A DNA stretch of 64,000 nt from Octopus sinensis (GCF_006345805.1 NC_043014.1:31806001-31870000), one strand, 5' to 3'. Positions 23,001 to 37,156 are shown, counted from the first letter of the stretch. Program-made: numbers and translations. Notes: a model not told the origin generated them from the letters alone.

Positions 23001-24843
23001 CTGATGATAAGGATGCTGATGATGAGGATGCTGATGATGAGGATGCTGATGATGAGGATGAGGATGAGGATGTTGATGAATGGTTATGAGGGTCCACCAG
23101 GGTAAAATAGGAATCAAAGGATGTCCATAGGCAAAAAAAAATCTTGAGAACTACTGAACTGGTAGGAAGATTTGACTGGTTTCTAAAAAGCTGGTCAAAC
23201 CCGTTGAATCTCCACCATTGGTTTATGTGTGGTGTGGGGATAGAAGGTGCAGATGAAAATGGTGAAGTGGAATTGAAATATTGGAAGTGGAAAGAACAGA
23301 AAACGCAACAACAACAACAGCAGCATCAACAACAACAACAAACAGTGACAACAACAACAACAACAACAAAAGGAATAATCATGAAATTGGAATGGTTCCG
23401 ATATTAATAACAGACTGACGTGTAAGAGTATGTCTTGGAGTATCTTACCTGGATCAATGATGGAGATGGAGACACAAGAGGAAGATGAAGTAGCAGCTTA
23501 TCTTGTGTTCTTCGTATAAAAATCTGGAATCTACCCAACTCATTCTATACTTTTTACATAATTCTATAAAGAATTTGAAATTTCAATAAATTATTTGGAT
23601 TTCTGAACAATTCATACATAGATACACACAAACATATGTACATTCAATCATGCACGCGCACACACACACACTCACACACACACACACACATATGTATGTA
23701 TTTATATATATGTATATGTGTGTGTATATATATATATAAAATATATATACATATATATATACACACATATATATATATATACACATATATATATATGCAC
23801 ATATATATATATGTATATATATATATATACATATATATATGTGTGTGTGTGTGTATGCATGTATATATATATATGTATATATATTATTAATATTAACAGT
23901 AATATTAATATTTATATTGATGTATATACGTAATATTTTCAATGTAAATATACATATTATGTGTGTGTGTGTGTATGTGTATGTGTGTGTGTGTATATAT
24001 GTGCATGCATGTGTGTGCGTGTGCGTGTATGTGTTTACAGAATTCAGGTATAGCAACAACAAACACCTTTGCAACATGAACAAACAACAACGCAAACAAC
24101 AACAACAGCAACAATAATAATTCTAATGGCAACAATAATGAAAGCAAAAAGCAATCTCAACTGACATAACAACCAGCAACAACAACAACAACGCCAACAT
24201 CAACATCAATATAATAATAATAATAAATAGATAAAAACAGATTAGCTGTGTGACTTTTGTATATCTAGATGATGTAGGCAATGTACTGATGATGTGAGTT
24301 TTGCAATGTAGAAGATGACAGAACGGAGAGGTGGTGGGGTGGGTTTAGAGCGAGTTGGGGGTGTGGTGGTTTTAAATGGGGGGGAAAACCAAAACAAATA
24401 AACTCAATGTAGAAATAAATAAACAAATTTGTTTTGTTTGCTCAAAGTGGTTTTATGTGTGTCTATATGTGTGTATGCATATGTGTGTATGCTTGTGTGT
24501 GTGTGTGGGTGTGTGTGTGTGTGTGCTTTTGAGATTTACCAAAAACTCGTCCGATCCGAGACTATGTTAAAGTTCTTGCTGGATTATGCTGATTCCAGCT
24601 TTTAATGCACCGTTTTTCAAAGAAGTCAATGCAGATCGTCTCTTGAGTAGCTTTCAGAGCTGAGTCTTAGCTCTGTCAATTATATAAACATCACAAATAT
24701 AACGACGACGCCAACAACAACATCAGTAGCTACATCTACAGCTACTACAATGACTACAGAAAACATCAGCAAGGGCAGTAGTAGTAGTAGTAGTAGTAGT
24801 AGTCATAGTAGTAGTAGTAGTCGTAGTAGTAGTAGTAGTAGTA

Positions 24844-24874
<31 letters not shown>

Positions 24875-24875
24875 C

Positions 24876-24947
<72 letters not shown>

Positions 24948-25289
24948 TTGGTGGTGTTGGTGGTGTTAGTAGTAGTAGTATTAGTGGTAGTGGTAGTAGT
25001 AGTAGTAGAAGTAGTGGCAGTAAAACTTTTGTAGACTGCTTTATAGAAAAATATTTATACTATTCCTCTGGTGGTGGTGTTTGTAGTGGTTGTAGTAGTA
25101 GTGATGATGGTATTGGTGATAGTGATGGTGGTGGTGGTGTTGGTGGTAGTAGTGGTGATGATGGTACGGGTGATAGTGATGATGATGGCTGTGATAGTAG
25201 TGGTGGCGGTGGTGGGCAATGGACATTAAATGATGATGATGATGATGACACATACATACATACTTATATACACAAACACACACACACAC

Positions 25290-25330
<41 letters not shown>

Positions 25331-25795
25331 TATGTATATAAATTTAATGACCTTCTTTAGTTTCTGTCAACCAAATCCAGTCACAAGGCTTTAGTCAACC
25401 CAAAGCTATAGAAGAAATCACTTGACCATGGTGTCATACAATGGGACTGAACCCAGAACCATGTAGTTGGGAAACAAATTCTTACCACACAGCCATACGT
25501 GCACCTACAAAAATCATATAAAATACTGACACTAAACAATACTATCAAAAGGATCATGGGGTTAGTTTCCTGGATTCTGTGGCACAGATATTCCCCACTG
25601 GATGGGACATTGGTCCATCGCAGGCTTACTCATTTCTGCCAGCTGAGTGGACTGGAGCAATGTGAGAGGAAGTGTTTTGCTCAGAAATGCAATGCATTAC
25701 TCGGTCTAGGAACTGAAACCACAATTTTATACATTATTTACATTATTTACATTATTTACATTCAACAGATATTTGTCCTCATCTTGTTTGTTGTT

Positions 25796-25839
25796 AACAC
25801 GTTTCGGCTGATATACCCTCCAGCCCTCATCAGGTGTCT
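25796..25839 (-). ncRNA. Minimal hammerhead motif (perfect core, 3-nt deletion at the cleavage site)
   Basis: AGACAC-CTGATGA-G-GGCTG gagggtatat CAGCC-GAAACGT-GTT. Confidence 0.65.
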
Positions 25840-25889
25840 TGGGGAAATATTGAACCTGGGTTCTCTTAATCACTACGCCATATGCCCGT

Positions 25890-25962
25890 GGGCATATTGC
25901 ATAGTGGTTAAGTGCGCAGGCTACTAACCCCAAGATTCTGAGTTCGATTCCAGGCAGTGACC
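25890..25962 (+). promoter_or_regulatory. tRNA-like head with Pol III A and B boxes
   Basis: A box T(T/G)GC(A/G)TAGTGG at 25897-25907; B box GAGTTCGATTCC at 25940-25951. Confidence 0.7.
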
Positions 25963-26000
25963 TGAACAACAACAGCAACAACAACAACAACAACAACAAC

Positions 26001-26032
<32 letters not shown>

Positions 26033-26084
26033 TAACATCGAAAAATACCTTAGGAATGAGAACCCAGGTTCGAAATTTCCCCAA

Positions 26085-26130
26085 GACACCAGATGAAGGC
26101 GGGAGGGTATGCCAGCCGAAACGTTGTGTT
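26085..26130 (+). ncRNA. Minimal hammerhead motif (U4->A)
   Basis: GACAC-CAGATGA-A-GGCGG..CAGCC-GAA-ACGT-T-GTGTT; stem I is GACAC/GTGTT and stem III is the ACGU palindrome. Confidence 0.65.
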
Positions 26131-27566
26131 AACAACAAACAAGATGAGGACAAATATCCGCCAAATGTAAATAATGTAAATAATGTATATAATGTACAAA
26201 ATTCCTCATCGCTTAAATATAGAACACAATCTTATAATCATGAGTGCAACACCCTCACCTCCAAGCCACATGCAGTAACCTGGTCCAGGAATTGAAACCA
26301 CAATCTTATGACCATGAGTACAATCTCCTTACTACTAAGCCATGTGTCTCCACAAACAATGCTCTAGAATATCTTATAAGAACTTATACTCTTTAATGCT
26401 AGAACACATATTATGCAGAACATACACTACAGAATAATATATCACATTTTGTTTAATATATCACTACTAAATCACTGTCCTGTGCTATAATAATTATAAC
26501 AAAGTAACAAAGGTGTCATTTCTCTTCACATACTAGAAATAGAAGTCAAATCACCCTCAAATCACGCTCAAATGAAAAATTAAATTAAAAAGAAAATTGA
26601 AAAAGGAAAATCATTTATATGATTATGTTTTCCTGAATATACTGTGTCTGAAATAGAAGACATGATGGTCATGCCTGGAAAAGTTTTGATCTGGATCAGG
26701 GCTAAACAACAAAAATAACTGTTCCAAACAGAAGAAAACATGTCCAGGATTATATCCCATAATTATGAAAAAAAAAGGTCACCAACTAATATTACTAAGA
26801 TCGTATGGCAAGAAGTTTACATCTTGATCACATGGTTTTGGGTTCAGTATCACTACGTGGAACCTTGGGGAAGTGTCTTCTACTAAGGCCCCATACCAAC
26901 CAAAGCCTGTCACAGGATAGAAACTGAAAGAATCCCATCATGTACATATATATATATATATATATATATGGCACAGACATGGTTGTGTGGTAAGCAGCTT
27001 GCAGTTTGTTTCTCAATTACATGGTTCTGGGTTCAGTCCTATTGTGTGGCACCTTGGGCAAGTGTCTTCTACTATAGCCTCGGGCTGACCAAATCCTCAT
27101 GAATGGATTTGGTAGAGAGAAACTGAAAGAAGCCCGTATATATATGTATATATCTATGTGTGTGTGTCATTGTGTCTGTGTTTGTCTCCACCATCACTGC
27201 TTGACAACTGGTGTTGGTGTGTTTACATCTCCCGTAACTTAGTGGTTCAGCAAAAGAGACTGATAGAATAAATACAGGCTTAAAAAAAAGAATCCTGGGG
27301 TCTATTTTTTTTACTAAAACCCCTCTAGGTGGTGCTCCAGCATGGCAACAGTCAAATGACTGAAACATAATATTGACCACATATGCATGTGTAAATACGT
27401 TATTTGTTTGCTGGCAAACTGCGATTTAGCCTTCAAAGAAGCCAGGTGTTAAAACACCTGAAAGTCACAGACAGGTGAGACAGCTCACCTCAAATCCCAT
27501 TCTGAAGCAATGGACATCGATATTTCACCATTTTTGTCGTTTATTAATCAATATATATCTGCATGT

Positions 27567-27878
27567 GGAGGTGCAATGGCCCAGTGGTTAGGGCAGCAAA
27601 CTCGCGGTCGTAGGATTGCGGTTTCGATTCCCAGACCGAGTGTTGTGAGTGTTTTTTGAACGAAAACACTTAAAGCTTCACGAGGCTCTGGCAGGGGGTG
27701 GTGGCGATCCCTGCTGTACTCTTTCATCACAACTTTCTCTCACTCTTTCTTCTGTTGGCCTGCTCACTTAGCCAACAGGGTGGTGACATTTGAAGGCTAA
27801 AACAATGCGAAGCACATTGTGACCAGCGATGTGTAGCAACATCTGATAATCTGGTCAGTCATGTTGATCACAGTGATA
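27567..27878 (+). mobile_element. tRNA-headed SINE family D
   Basis: GGAGGTGCAATGGCCCAGTGGTTAGG (A box)..GGTTTCGATTCCC (B box); the same head occurs at 51060-51135 (minus). Confidence 0.75.
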
Positions 27879-28364
27879 TATCTGCATACATGTGTGTGTA
27901 TCTTTGTGTTTGTATTTGTCCTTCACCTCATCTAGGTAACCAGTGTTGGTTGGTTTATATCCTTGTAACTTAGCAGTTGGGAAACAGACTGCTAGAGTAA
28001 GTACCGGTTTTAAAAAATCAGTACTGGGGTTGATTTGTTTGACTAAACCCTTTGAGGTAGTGCTCCAGCATGGCTGCAGTCAAATGACTGAAACAAGTTA
28101 AAGATTTAAAAAATAAACAATAAAGATGTATTTAACATGTAATTATAATATTTATCTATGTGAAAATGTAACGTTCAGTCTCTCTCTCTCTCTCTCTCTC
28201 ACTGAAATGCTAACCGTTTCTGCTCATGACACATTTGTATAGCCTAGATTTCACCTCTTGCCCTATCTACTTGCCTCTTGCTGTGAGACACAAAGAAAAA
28301 TATTAGAAACAAAGGAATAAAAAAAAACTACAGACAACCTGGATTAACTCAAAAATGCACACAC

Positions 28365-28407
<43 letters not shown>

Positions 28408-28509
28408 TTTTGATAATTAATTATGATTGCAGCATAATAAATTGGAAACTTAGTGAACTGGAAAAGAAGAATAAAAAAAGGAAAAAAAGAGGACAAAAAA
28501 TGCAAGATT

Positions 28510-28700
28510 GCTTGGTAAACAAGAAAATTTGTAACAAGATTTAGTATTCAGCAGTGAAAATCTGATATTGACAGAACATACTTGGGATGCATTGATGGAG
28601 AAAGGGGATTGCTCTAAAAAGAAGATTATGATAAAGTAACTACAATAGGATTAAAAAAAAGCAGTCTTACTGTGGAAAATTGGCAAATTTGTTGGAGCAC
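28510..28700 (+). mobile_element. Relic of an RLE-type (R4/Dong-like) non-LTR retrotransposon
   Basis: KSDIDRTYLGCIDGERGLL..EDYDK resembles the HP.SD.DRLY..R..GGRGL motif. Confidence 0.4.
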
Positions 28701-29179
28701 TGGACAGAATTCCTTGCACTATTGTCACTAGATCTCTGCACTATGAGTTCAAATCCTGCTAATATTACCTCTAAAGTGGCATGTTGGCAGAATCGTTTGA
28801 TGACAGGCAAAATGCTTAGCAGCATTTCATACGTCTTTACACTCTGAGTTCAAATTCCACCAAAGTCAACTTTACTTTTCATCTCTTTGGAGTTAATAGA
28901 ATAAGTACCAGTTGAGTACTGGGGTGAGTATAATCGACTTATCCCCTTCCTCAAAGTTGCTGGTTTTGTGCCAAAATTTAAAATCAATATTGCCTCTGTC
29001 TGTCACCCTTCCAGGGTCAAAGTACCAGTCAAATACTGGGGAAAATCACTATTTATTCTCTCGCTTTAAGAATTGACTGGAAGCAAGTAGAGGCTAGTAT
29101 CATTCTAGTTTATGCACCAAAAACCAGCCTCTGCTGAATTTGGCCTTCAAGAGAATGCATAGAAGTGTATGTCATTGGG

Positions 29180-29770
29180 CCAAACAGCACTCTTATAGTA
29201 CACTAATAACACTCTTGCAGTGCTCTCTCAGTACACTCCCAAATTTCTCATTGCACTCTAATAACACTCTCACATCACTTTCACAATACTCTAACAGTAT
29301 TTTCTCAACACTTTCCCAATACACTCCCTGAACTCTGTCAACATTCTTGGCATTCTCATGGTACTCTCACTACACTTTCATACACTTATACAGCCTTCTC
29401 ATAGCATTTTCCCAGTACCCTCACAACATTCTTACAATGCTAACAGAACTTTAACAACACTTTAACAGCACTTCCTCAGCACTCTATCAACACTCTCACA
29501 AGACTTTCATAACTCTCTCAGCTCTTTTTCAGAACTCTAACAGCTCCCTTACAACACTCTCATAGGACTTTAACATCACTGTCATAGCATTCTCTCAACA
29601 CTTTAACAACTATCACAGTACCGCAACATATTTACCGCAATCCTACATCTTCATAGCACTCTCACAACACTCCCAGACCACTTTCACAGTATTCTAACAA
29701 TGTTTTCACAGCAATCTCACATCACTCACACAACACTCTCATAGCCATCTCAAATTGCTCTCACAATATT
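29180..29770. repeat. Old degenerate minisatellite (about 11-bp acactctcaca-like unit)
   Basis: Recurrent cactctc/caacact motifs over about 600 bp. Confidence 0.7.
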
Positions 29771-30115
29771 CATAGTGTGGATTTGGTAGACGGAAACTGA
29801 AAGAAGCCCATCGTATATATGTATATATATATATATGTATGTGTGTGCATATGTTTGTGTGTCTGTGTTTGTCCCTCCAGCATCACTTGACAACCGATGC
29901 TGGTGTGTTTACATCCCTGTAACTTAGCAGTTCAGCAAAAGAGACTGACAGAATATGTACTAGGCTTACAAAGAATAAGTCCTGGGGTCGATTTGCTCGA
30001 CTAAAGGCAGTGCTCGAGCATGGCCGCAGTCAAATGACTGAAACAAGTAAAAGAGTAAAAGAGTAAGAGTAATGCCATCCTCCTCTTCTCTCCTCCTCTT
30101 TACCACCACGGTTTC

Positions 30116-30334
30116 TGGCCCCCTAATTCCTAGATAGCGATCTCATGGATTACTATGCATTGGGCGCTGTTGAGGAAGACAAACTGCTTTGCCTGAAACA
30201 CCAAGGCCAAGCAGGTGGCCATGATCAAGGAGGTGTTCAAAGATCTTCCTAGGGACACAATGAGGAATGGATATCTCAGGTTCTGGAGCCATTTTGAGGC
30301 CATGGCAGAATTTCAGGGCAGCTACTCTGAGTAA
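30116..30334 (+). mobile_element. Tc1/mariner (DD37D/maT-like) transposase C-terminal relic
   Basis: WPPNS..D.MDYYALGAVE..MIKEVFKDLPRDTMRN..RFWSHFEAMAE..GSYSE*. Confidence 0.65.
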
Positions 30335-30487
30335 AATGTTATTTCCAAGCAATAAACTTGTTGATATGCTTTGATTTTTTAAAATTCTTTTATTTTTGGG
30401 AGAGATGTTGTGTTACCTTTTCCTTTTATGTAAATTGTTAAATTTACTCCAAACACCCTATATGTAAGCATGTTAGTGTGTGTATGC

Positions 30488-30520
<33 letters not shown>

Positions 30521-30734
30521 TGTATGTATCTATGTGTGTGTGTATATGCGTGTACGTGTTTGTGTGTTTGCATGTTTGTGTGTGTAAATGAATATGTGCA
30601 TGTGCTATGCCTGTACGTATGTGTGTATGTATGTATGAATCTATGTTCATCTATGTATGTATATATGTATGAATGTATGCATGTGAGGAGTATGTTTATG
30701 TATGTATGCATGTATGCATGTATATATGTATTAC

Positions 30735-30787
<53 letters not shown>

Positions 30788-30790
<3 letters not shown>

Positions 30791-31439
30791 TCATCATCAT
30801 CATCATCGTTTAGCGTCCGTTTTCCATGCTAGCATGGGTTGGACGGTTCTACTGGGGTCTGTGAAGCCAGAAGGCTTCATCAGGCCCAGTCAAATCTGGC
30901 AGTGTTTCTACGGCTGGATGCCCTTCCTAACGCCAACCACTCCGTGAGTGTAGTGGGTGCTTTTTACGTGCCACCCGCACTGGTGCCAGACAGAGCTGGC
31001 AAACGGCCACGAACGGATGGTGCTTTTTATGTGCCACCGGCACGAGGGCCAGGCGAGGCTGGCAACGGACACGAAACGGGGCGGTGCTGGCAACGGTCGC
31101 GAAACGGAAAGTTCTCTTACATGCCACCGGCACTGGTAACACATCTGCAATTTCCATTGATCGATTTCCATTGATCGATTTCGATTCTGATCGTCACTTG
31201 CCTCAACGGGTCTTCACAAGCAGAGTTTTGACATGCCACCGGCACTGGTAGCACATCCGCAATTTCCATTGATCGATTTCGATTCTGATCCTCACTTGCC
31301 TCATCACGTCTTCACAAGTAGAGTTTTGTGTCCCAAGAAGGGAAGGTATGCATACGTAGGCTGGCTCCATCCCATGTAGAAGGCCACGGGTTATGGACTC
31401 ACTTGTCCTGCCGGGTCTTCTCGCGCACAGCACACTTCC
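30788..31439 (-). mobile_element. 3' fragment of the same RTE family as 11825-13998, with a different 3' UTR
   Basis: Begins with the ORF end AVREKTRQDK* and ends with the shared tail plus (GAT)n; contains an internal roughly 100-bp duplication. Confidence 0.85.
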
Positions 31440-31475
<36 letters not shown>

Positions 31476-31902
31476 GTATGTGACCACCAAGCCCTCAGAA
31501 ACAGCTGTTGGACTTGTAAAACTCTTGCTCAACCCCTTTAATTCCTAATGTCATTGCTATTCTATGTACATCAGACTTTTTTATATGTATACCTACGTGC
31601 ATTTTTTGTATTAAATGTATTTAGTATTTTTTGTATACCAACTTACCTAACTTGCTTATCCTTACATTCACTCCTCTATTTATATATGTGTGTGTGTCTA
31701 TGTGTGTGTGTGTGTATGTATGTATGTGTGTATGTATGTGAATGTGTCTATGTATGGATTTGTATATATATATATATATATACAAATGTGGTAAGTAGCT
31801 TGCTTACCAACCACATGTTTCTGGATTCAGTCCCACTATAGCCTCAGGCCGACCAAAGCTTTGTGAGTGGATTTAGCAGACGGAAACTGAAAGAAGCCCT
31901 TC

Positions 31903-31939
<37 letters not shown>

Positions 31940-32568
31940 TGTGTGTATTTGTTTGTGTGTGTGTGTGTCCCCAACATCGCTTGACAACTGATGCTTGTGT
32001 GTTTATGTCCCTGTAACTTAGCGGTTCGGCATAAGAGACCGATAGAATAAGTACTAGGCTTACAAAGAATAAGTCCTGGGGTCGATTTGCTTGACTAAAG
32101 GCAGTGCTCCGGCATGGTCTGAAACATGTTAAAGAGTAAAGAGTAAAAGAGTATATATGTTAAAGAGTAAAGAGTAAAAGAGTATATATGTAAGTGTATA
32201 TGAATATGTACATGAGTGTGTATGTGTGTATGTCTGTACATATGTATGTATGAATATATGTTATATGTATGCATGTATGCATGAATGTATGTACAAATGT
32301 AGAAAAGTTTGGAAATTATTGCAGTTGACAAGGCACCATGTAAAAAATATATATTCAATGCATCTGTTAATGTGGAATATAATTGAATTAAATATGTAAA
32401 AATTAAATGAAATGAAAGGAAAGGAAACCCTATAGGCATCAATAGTCATTTCCAATGTTCAACCTTGAATGGAATTTATTTTTCTAATGTTAGTTATGTA
32501 ATTCACTCACAAACACATGAACTAAAATAAGCCAACAATGTCTTTGCTACCAGAAAGAACATGCCTGC

Positions 32569-33412
32569 TATTTCTTTACTACCCACAAGGGGCTAAACAC
32601 AGAAAGGATGAAAGGCAAAGTTGACCTCGATGGAATTAGAACTGGAACGTAGTGGCAGACGAAATACCTATCTCTTTACTACCCACAAGGGGCTAAACAC
32701 AGAGAGGACAAACAAGGACAGACAAACGGATTAAGTCGATTATATCGACCCTGGTGCATAACTGGTACTTATTTAATCGACCCCGAAAGGATGAAAGGCA
32801 AAGTTGACCTCGGTGGAATTTGAACTCAGAACGTAGCAGCAGACGAAATACCTATTTCTTTACTACCCACAAGGGGCTAAACATAGAGGGGACAAACAAG
32901 GACAGACAAAGGTATTAAGTCGATTACATCGACCCCAGTGCGTAATTGGTACTTAATTTATCGACCCTGAAAGGGTGAAAGGCAAAGTCGACCTCGGCGG
33001 AATTTGAACACAGAACGTAGCAGCAGACGAAATACGGCTACGCATTTCGCCCGGCGTGCTAACGTTTCTGCCAACTCGCCGCCTTTCTTTACTACCCACA
33101 AGGGGCTAAACACAGAGAGGAAAAACAAGGACAGAACAAACAGATTAAGTCGATTATATCGACCCCAGTGTGTAACTGGTACTTATTTAATCGACCCCCA
33201 GTGCGTAACTGGTACTTATTTAATTGACTCCAGTGCATAACTGCTACTTATTTAATCGACCCCAGTGCGTAACTGGTACTTATTTAATCAAACCCGAAAG
33301 GATGAAAGACAAAGTTGATCTCGGTGGAATTAGAACTCAGAACATAGTGGCAGATGAAATACCGCAAAGCATTTCGCCTGGCGTGCTAACACTTGTGCCA
33401 GCTCGCCGCCTT
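32569..33412 (-). mobile_element. Tandem array of four SINE family B units
   Basis: Units 32569-32668, 32669-32852, 32853-33083 and 33084-33412. Confidence 0.9.
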
Positions 33413-33904
33413 AAGAACATGTCTGCTAATTATGTAATAAATGTTGTATTCCTATTAGTGGTTTGAAGGACACATATCTGTAGACAATATGAATTGACAT
33501 GATACTGCATAGCATTTAACTGAGAAGAGATATTAATGTAAAGGCTATGTGAAACACTGTGGATCATCAGCCTGGCTAAAAAGTCATCTTTGCTTTGCAG
33601 TTCATTAATAAGCAATGGCTATACTCGTTATTGAGTCAACTTCTATCATGTGTGTGTGTGTGTGCGTGTGTGTGCGTTTGTGCATGTGTGTGTATTTGTG
33701 TGTGTGTGTGTGTGTGTTATGTATGTATGAATGTATATATATATGTATATAATGTATATATATGTGTGTGTGTGTGCATGTGTGTGTGTGCATTTGTGCG
33801 TGTGTGTGTGTGTGTTTGTGTGTGTGTATTTGTGTGTGTGTGTTATGTATGTATGAATGTATATATATATATATATGTATATAATGTATATATATGTGTG
33901 TGTG

Positions 33905-33940
<36 letters not shown>

Positions 33941-34087
33941 TGTATATATATATGCATGTATATATATATGTATATATATATATATGTATGTAAGTATGCA
34001 TGTATGTATGTATGCATGTATGTATGTATGCATGTATGTATGTATACACATATGTTTTGCATGGATGACTAAATGGATGAATGGATG

Positions 34088-34121
<34 letters not shown>

Positions 34122-34599
34122 CGTGTGTGTGTTGATGTGTGACTGTGTATGCATGTGTATATGTATATACCTATGTGTGAGTGGGTATGAGTGCATGTGT
34201 GAGGGAAAATCTGTGTGTATGTATAAGTATGCAAAGCTGCAAATGTGTTTGTATGTTTGTATGTATGTGTGAATATCTGTCTATCAGTGTGTTTTCTGTC
34301 AATGTATGTATGCACACATGTGCAACTATGTGTGTGCATGCATGTATGGTGTATGCATGTGTATGTTTATGTGCATAATTAAGTGTATTATTTATTCATT
34401 TAAATTATGATTGGAAAACCCAAATTATATTATTATATTAATATTAATGTAACATCATAATTAATATTTTTTATCAAGGCAGTATTATAAATTAAAAGGA
34501 AATTAAACAACAAAAAAATAAAAAAGAAGGAAAATAATGATAAAAAATTAAAATGGGGGAATTTTTAAATTTAAAAAGATTTAAAGGAAAAAACATGAT

Positions 34600-35900
<1,301 letters not shown>

Positions 35901-36682
35901 CAACAAAAAAAAATAATTATTATTATTAACAACCATAAAAATGCAAGATTTAATTTGAAGAAATGGACTTTAATTAATAGATTTTGGGCAAATTTTCAAC
36001 AATTTCTATGAAACACAAAGACCAACTTTAACATTTCTGAGGGGAAGATTTTTTTTTAGTTTTTCATTGTTTTTACTTTATCTTCTTGCTTTTTCTTTTA
36101 TTTTTCTTTTGTTTGTTAAACATATTTAAAAAAAAAATTTTTTTTGATATTTTGGTATTTTTGAAGAAAACAAATAAAATATTTAAAAAAGATGTAATAA
36201 TAATAAAGGTGCAGGAAAAATACATTTTTGAAAATATAAATTTCTTTATTGCAGTAGGAGTTGGTGAGGACGTCTTTTATTTATTTATTTGTATATATAT
36301 ATTTATTTTTTATTGATTGTTTTTTTGTATGTGTTTTTGGTACAGTTTATGATCAATTCATGTTTTCCTTTTAAGTTGGACTAAGTTTCTTTTTTTCATT
36401 TTTATTCTTATGCCCTTTCCTTCTCCTTTTTTTCCTAGTGTTTGTATTTTTTTGTTTTTCTTTGTTGTGGGAATTTTTCTTTATTTCTTATACAAGAATG
36501 GAAGGAGGCAACAAAACACCTCACCCCCACACACATAAACAAACATACACACACACACACATACATACATATATGTATTTGTACATACATATATTTATGT
36601 GTGTATAATTGCATATATATACATATATATGGAAACACATATATACATATATATGTCCATATATATGTATATATATATATAC

Positions 36683-36717
<35 letters not shown>

Positions 36718-36754
36718 CAAACATACATACATATATATATACATACATACATAC

Positions 36755-36795
<41 letters not shown>

Positions 36796-36883
36796 ATTTC
36801 AACAATTGAGGGTAAAATTAATTAATTATTAATCAATTTCACCAAGTATTCAGTATGCAAAGGGACCATTTAAGGCGAATTCA

Positions 36884-37119
36884 AATTATTACATTATATA
36901 AAAGGGCTTAGTAAAATAAATTACTTTGCCGCATACTGAACTCATTAGAAATAGTAGCTAAAAAAAACTTTTTTAAAACTATTTCTAATACTTAAAGAAA
37001 ACCTCTCTCATATAGTGTTTGCTCAATTCAACTCACGAAAGTATGGGGGTAAAGACATTAAAAAATCAAATGCTAAGTAATTTATTTTACTAAGCCCTTT
37101 TATATAATGTAATAATTAT
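36884..37119. repeat. Foldback element with 43-45-bp near-perfect inverted repeats and an inner hairpin
   Basis: 36884-36926 and 37075-37119 differ only by a TA indel; inner ATTAGAAATAGT/ACTATTTCTAAT. Confidence 0.85.
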
Positions 37120-37122
37120 ATA

Positions 37123-37156
<34 letters not shown>

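Larger units (their letters stand above)
25731..26225. mobile_element. Head-to-head pair of a tRNA-headed, hammerhead-bearing retroelement (family HH-C), inserted in a family C SINE
   Basis: Flanked by ACAATTTTAT (25721-25730) and ACAATCTTAT (26226-26235). Minus copy 25731-25887, plus copy 25890-26225; central palindrome 25867-25910. Confidence 0.75.

Noticed and set aside
23440-23530. Minus-strand exon candidate ending CAG|GTAAGA (IFIRRTQDKLLLHLPLVSPSPSLIQ)
   Set aside because: Weak, purine-rich acceptor, no supporting neighbouring exons and no homology; left unresolved rather than called.
24540-24690. CpG-retaining unique island as a coding exon
   Set aside because: Stops occur in all frames between plausible splice sites on both strands.
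25890-25962. Functional tRNA gene
   Set aside because: The acceptor stem does not pair and there is no oligo-T terminator; it is a SINE-type head. The same applies to the other tRNA-like heads.
30870-30885. CTGATGA followed by a 4-bp hairpin (minus strand)
   Set aside because: It is a variant of the RTE tail (cctggtgcagccttctggct) and no GAAA follows the stem.
32569-33412. CRISPR-like array
   Set aside because: The units are SINE copies without unique spacers, in a eukaryotic context with no cas genes.
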